Below, piece after piece: positions 63,203 through 64,000 of a stretch of DNA of 64,000 nt. The stretch is from Podarcis melisellensis (lineage: Eukaryota): NCBI GenBank assembly GCA_964234715.1, contig OZ174278.1. One strand, given 5' to 3'. The position numbers and the translations under genes are program-made. Within the stretch, counting starts at the first letter, position 1. Each line of letters starts with the position of its first letter. The notes below the pieces were generated by a model. That model worked only from the letters and a program-made list of their open reading frames with translations, did not search any database and had not been told where the DNA came from.

Positions 63203-64000
63203 TGACATCTTTACCACCGCCTCCATAATACAGAATGCATGTTTGGAACTGTGTTTGTATGATTATTTTTAAAACACCTGATGTAATGTATGATTCAGCT
63301 GTTCTCTAGAGAAAAACGCTTAAACTGTGGGCACATCCTATTTGCACCACAGATGTAGTGCCTGGGCATGGAGCATTGGCACTAAAAAAGTTCTGTTTCA
63401 CTCTCCCTTCCACCTCCATCTGTGCCCAGACACATGTGTGGGCAACTGGGTAGGACATAAGGAAGTGCATGCAGGACCAGCCCTAGCACTAGGCAGAGGG
63501 AGACAACCACCTCAGGTGGCAGATGCTAGGCGAAAGCAGTAGTTCCTGGCTCTGCCTCCTGAGCATCCCCAACCCTTCCCCTTTGCTGCCACTCATCTCC
63601 TTGTTCCCTTATTTACCTTGCTTCAGAGCATACTATCCTGTCACCGGAGCTGCAGGGTTTAACTGCCAGTCCAGTAAGCTTCTGTATGTGAAATGGGGAA
63701 AGAATGTTCTCTTATCCTTCCCTTCAGAAAGAAAAACATATTGGGCATTTTCCCTGCAACCCTATCTAGCCCATCCTTCTCTGTTCAGTGCAAGTAACTG
63801 GAGGAAAGGCTAGCTTGAAGATCTAAGAGATTTTCCATTCCCCGAATGTGCATCTGTTTATACCTTGCCTTTTGATGCAAACGCCAAGGCAGCTCACAAG
63901 GAACAGTAAATTTCAAACAACTGGAAAGTGACACCAAAACCACAAGGGAAAACCAATGACAGCCGATGAAAGCAGCAGCAGAAAACCATTGAAAGAATCC

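Overview
Eukaryotic (squamate, most likely lacertid lizard) genomic DNA, judged from multiple Sauria SINEs and typical L2/CR1/L1/Penelope fragments. The only host gene I can support is INPP4A (inositol polyphosphate-4-phosphatase type I A) on the + strand. Nine phase-compatible GT-AG coding exons between 49441 and 63197 give 949 nt (316 codons + 1 nt) of the N-terminus, and the gene continues beyond the window. The first ~49 kb is probably 5'-UTR intron, with one or two candidate non-coding exons. The most unusual structures are: (1) a young Penelope-like insertion with an apparently perfect 336-bp inverted repeat whose arms each carry a hammerhead-ribozyme core (45099-46035); (2) two unrelated TA-flanked Tc1/mariner-superfamily MITEs whose interiors are CpG-rich tandem arrays of hairpins (99-bp unit x10 at 25662-27043; 60-bp unit x20 at 58771-60889), the second with periodic flipped hairpin units; (3) a 1.7-kb L1-like element retaining both ends, nested in a MITE with a 19-bp TSD; and (4) a decayed U1 snRNA copy. 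All calls were made by eye, without database searches.
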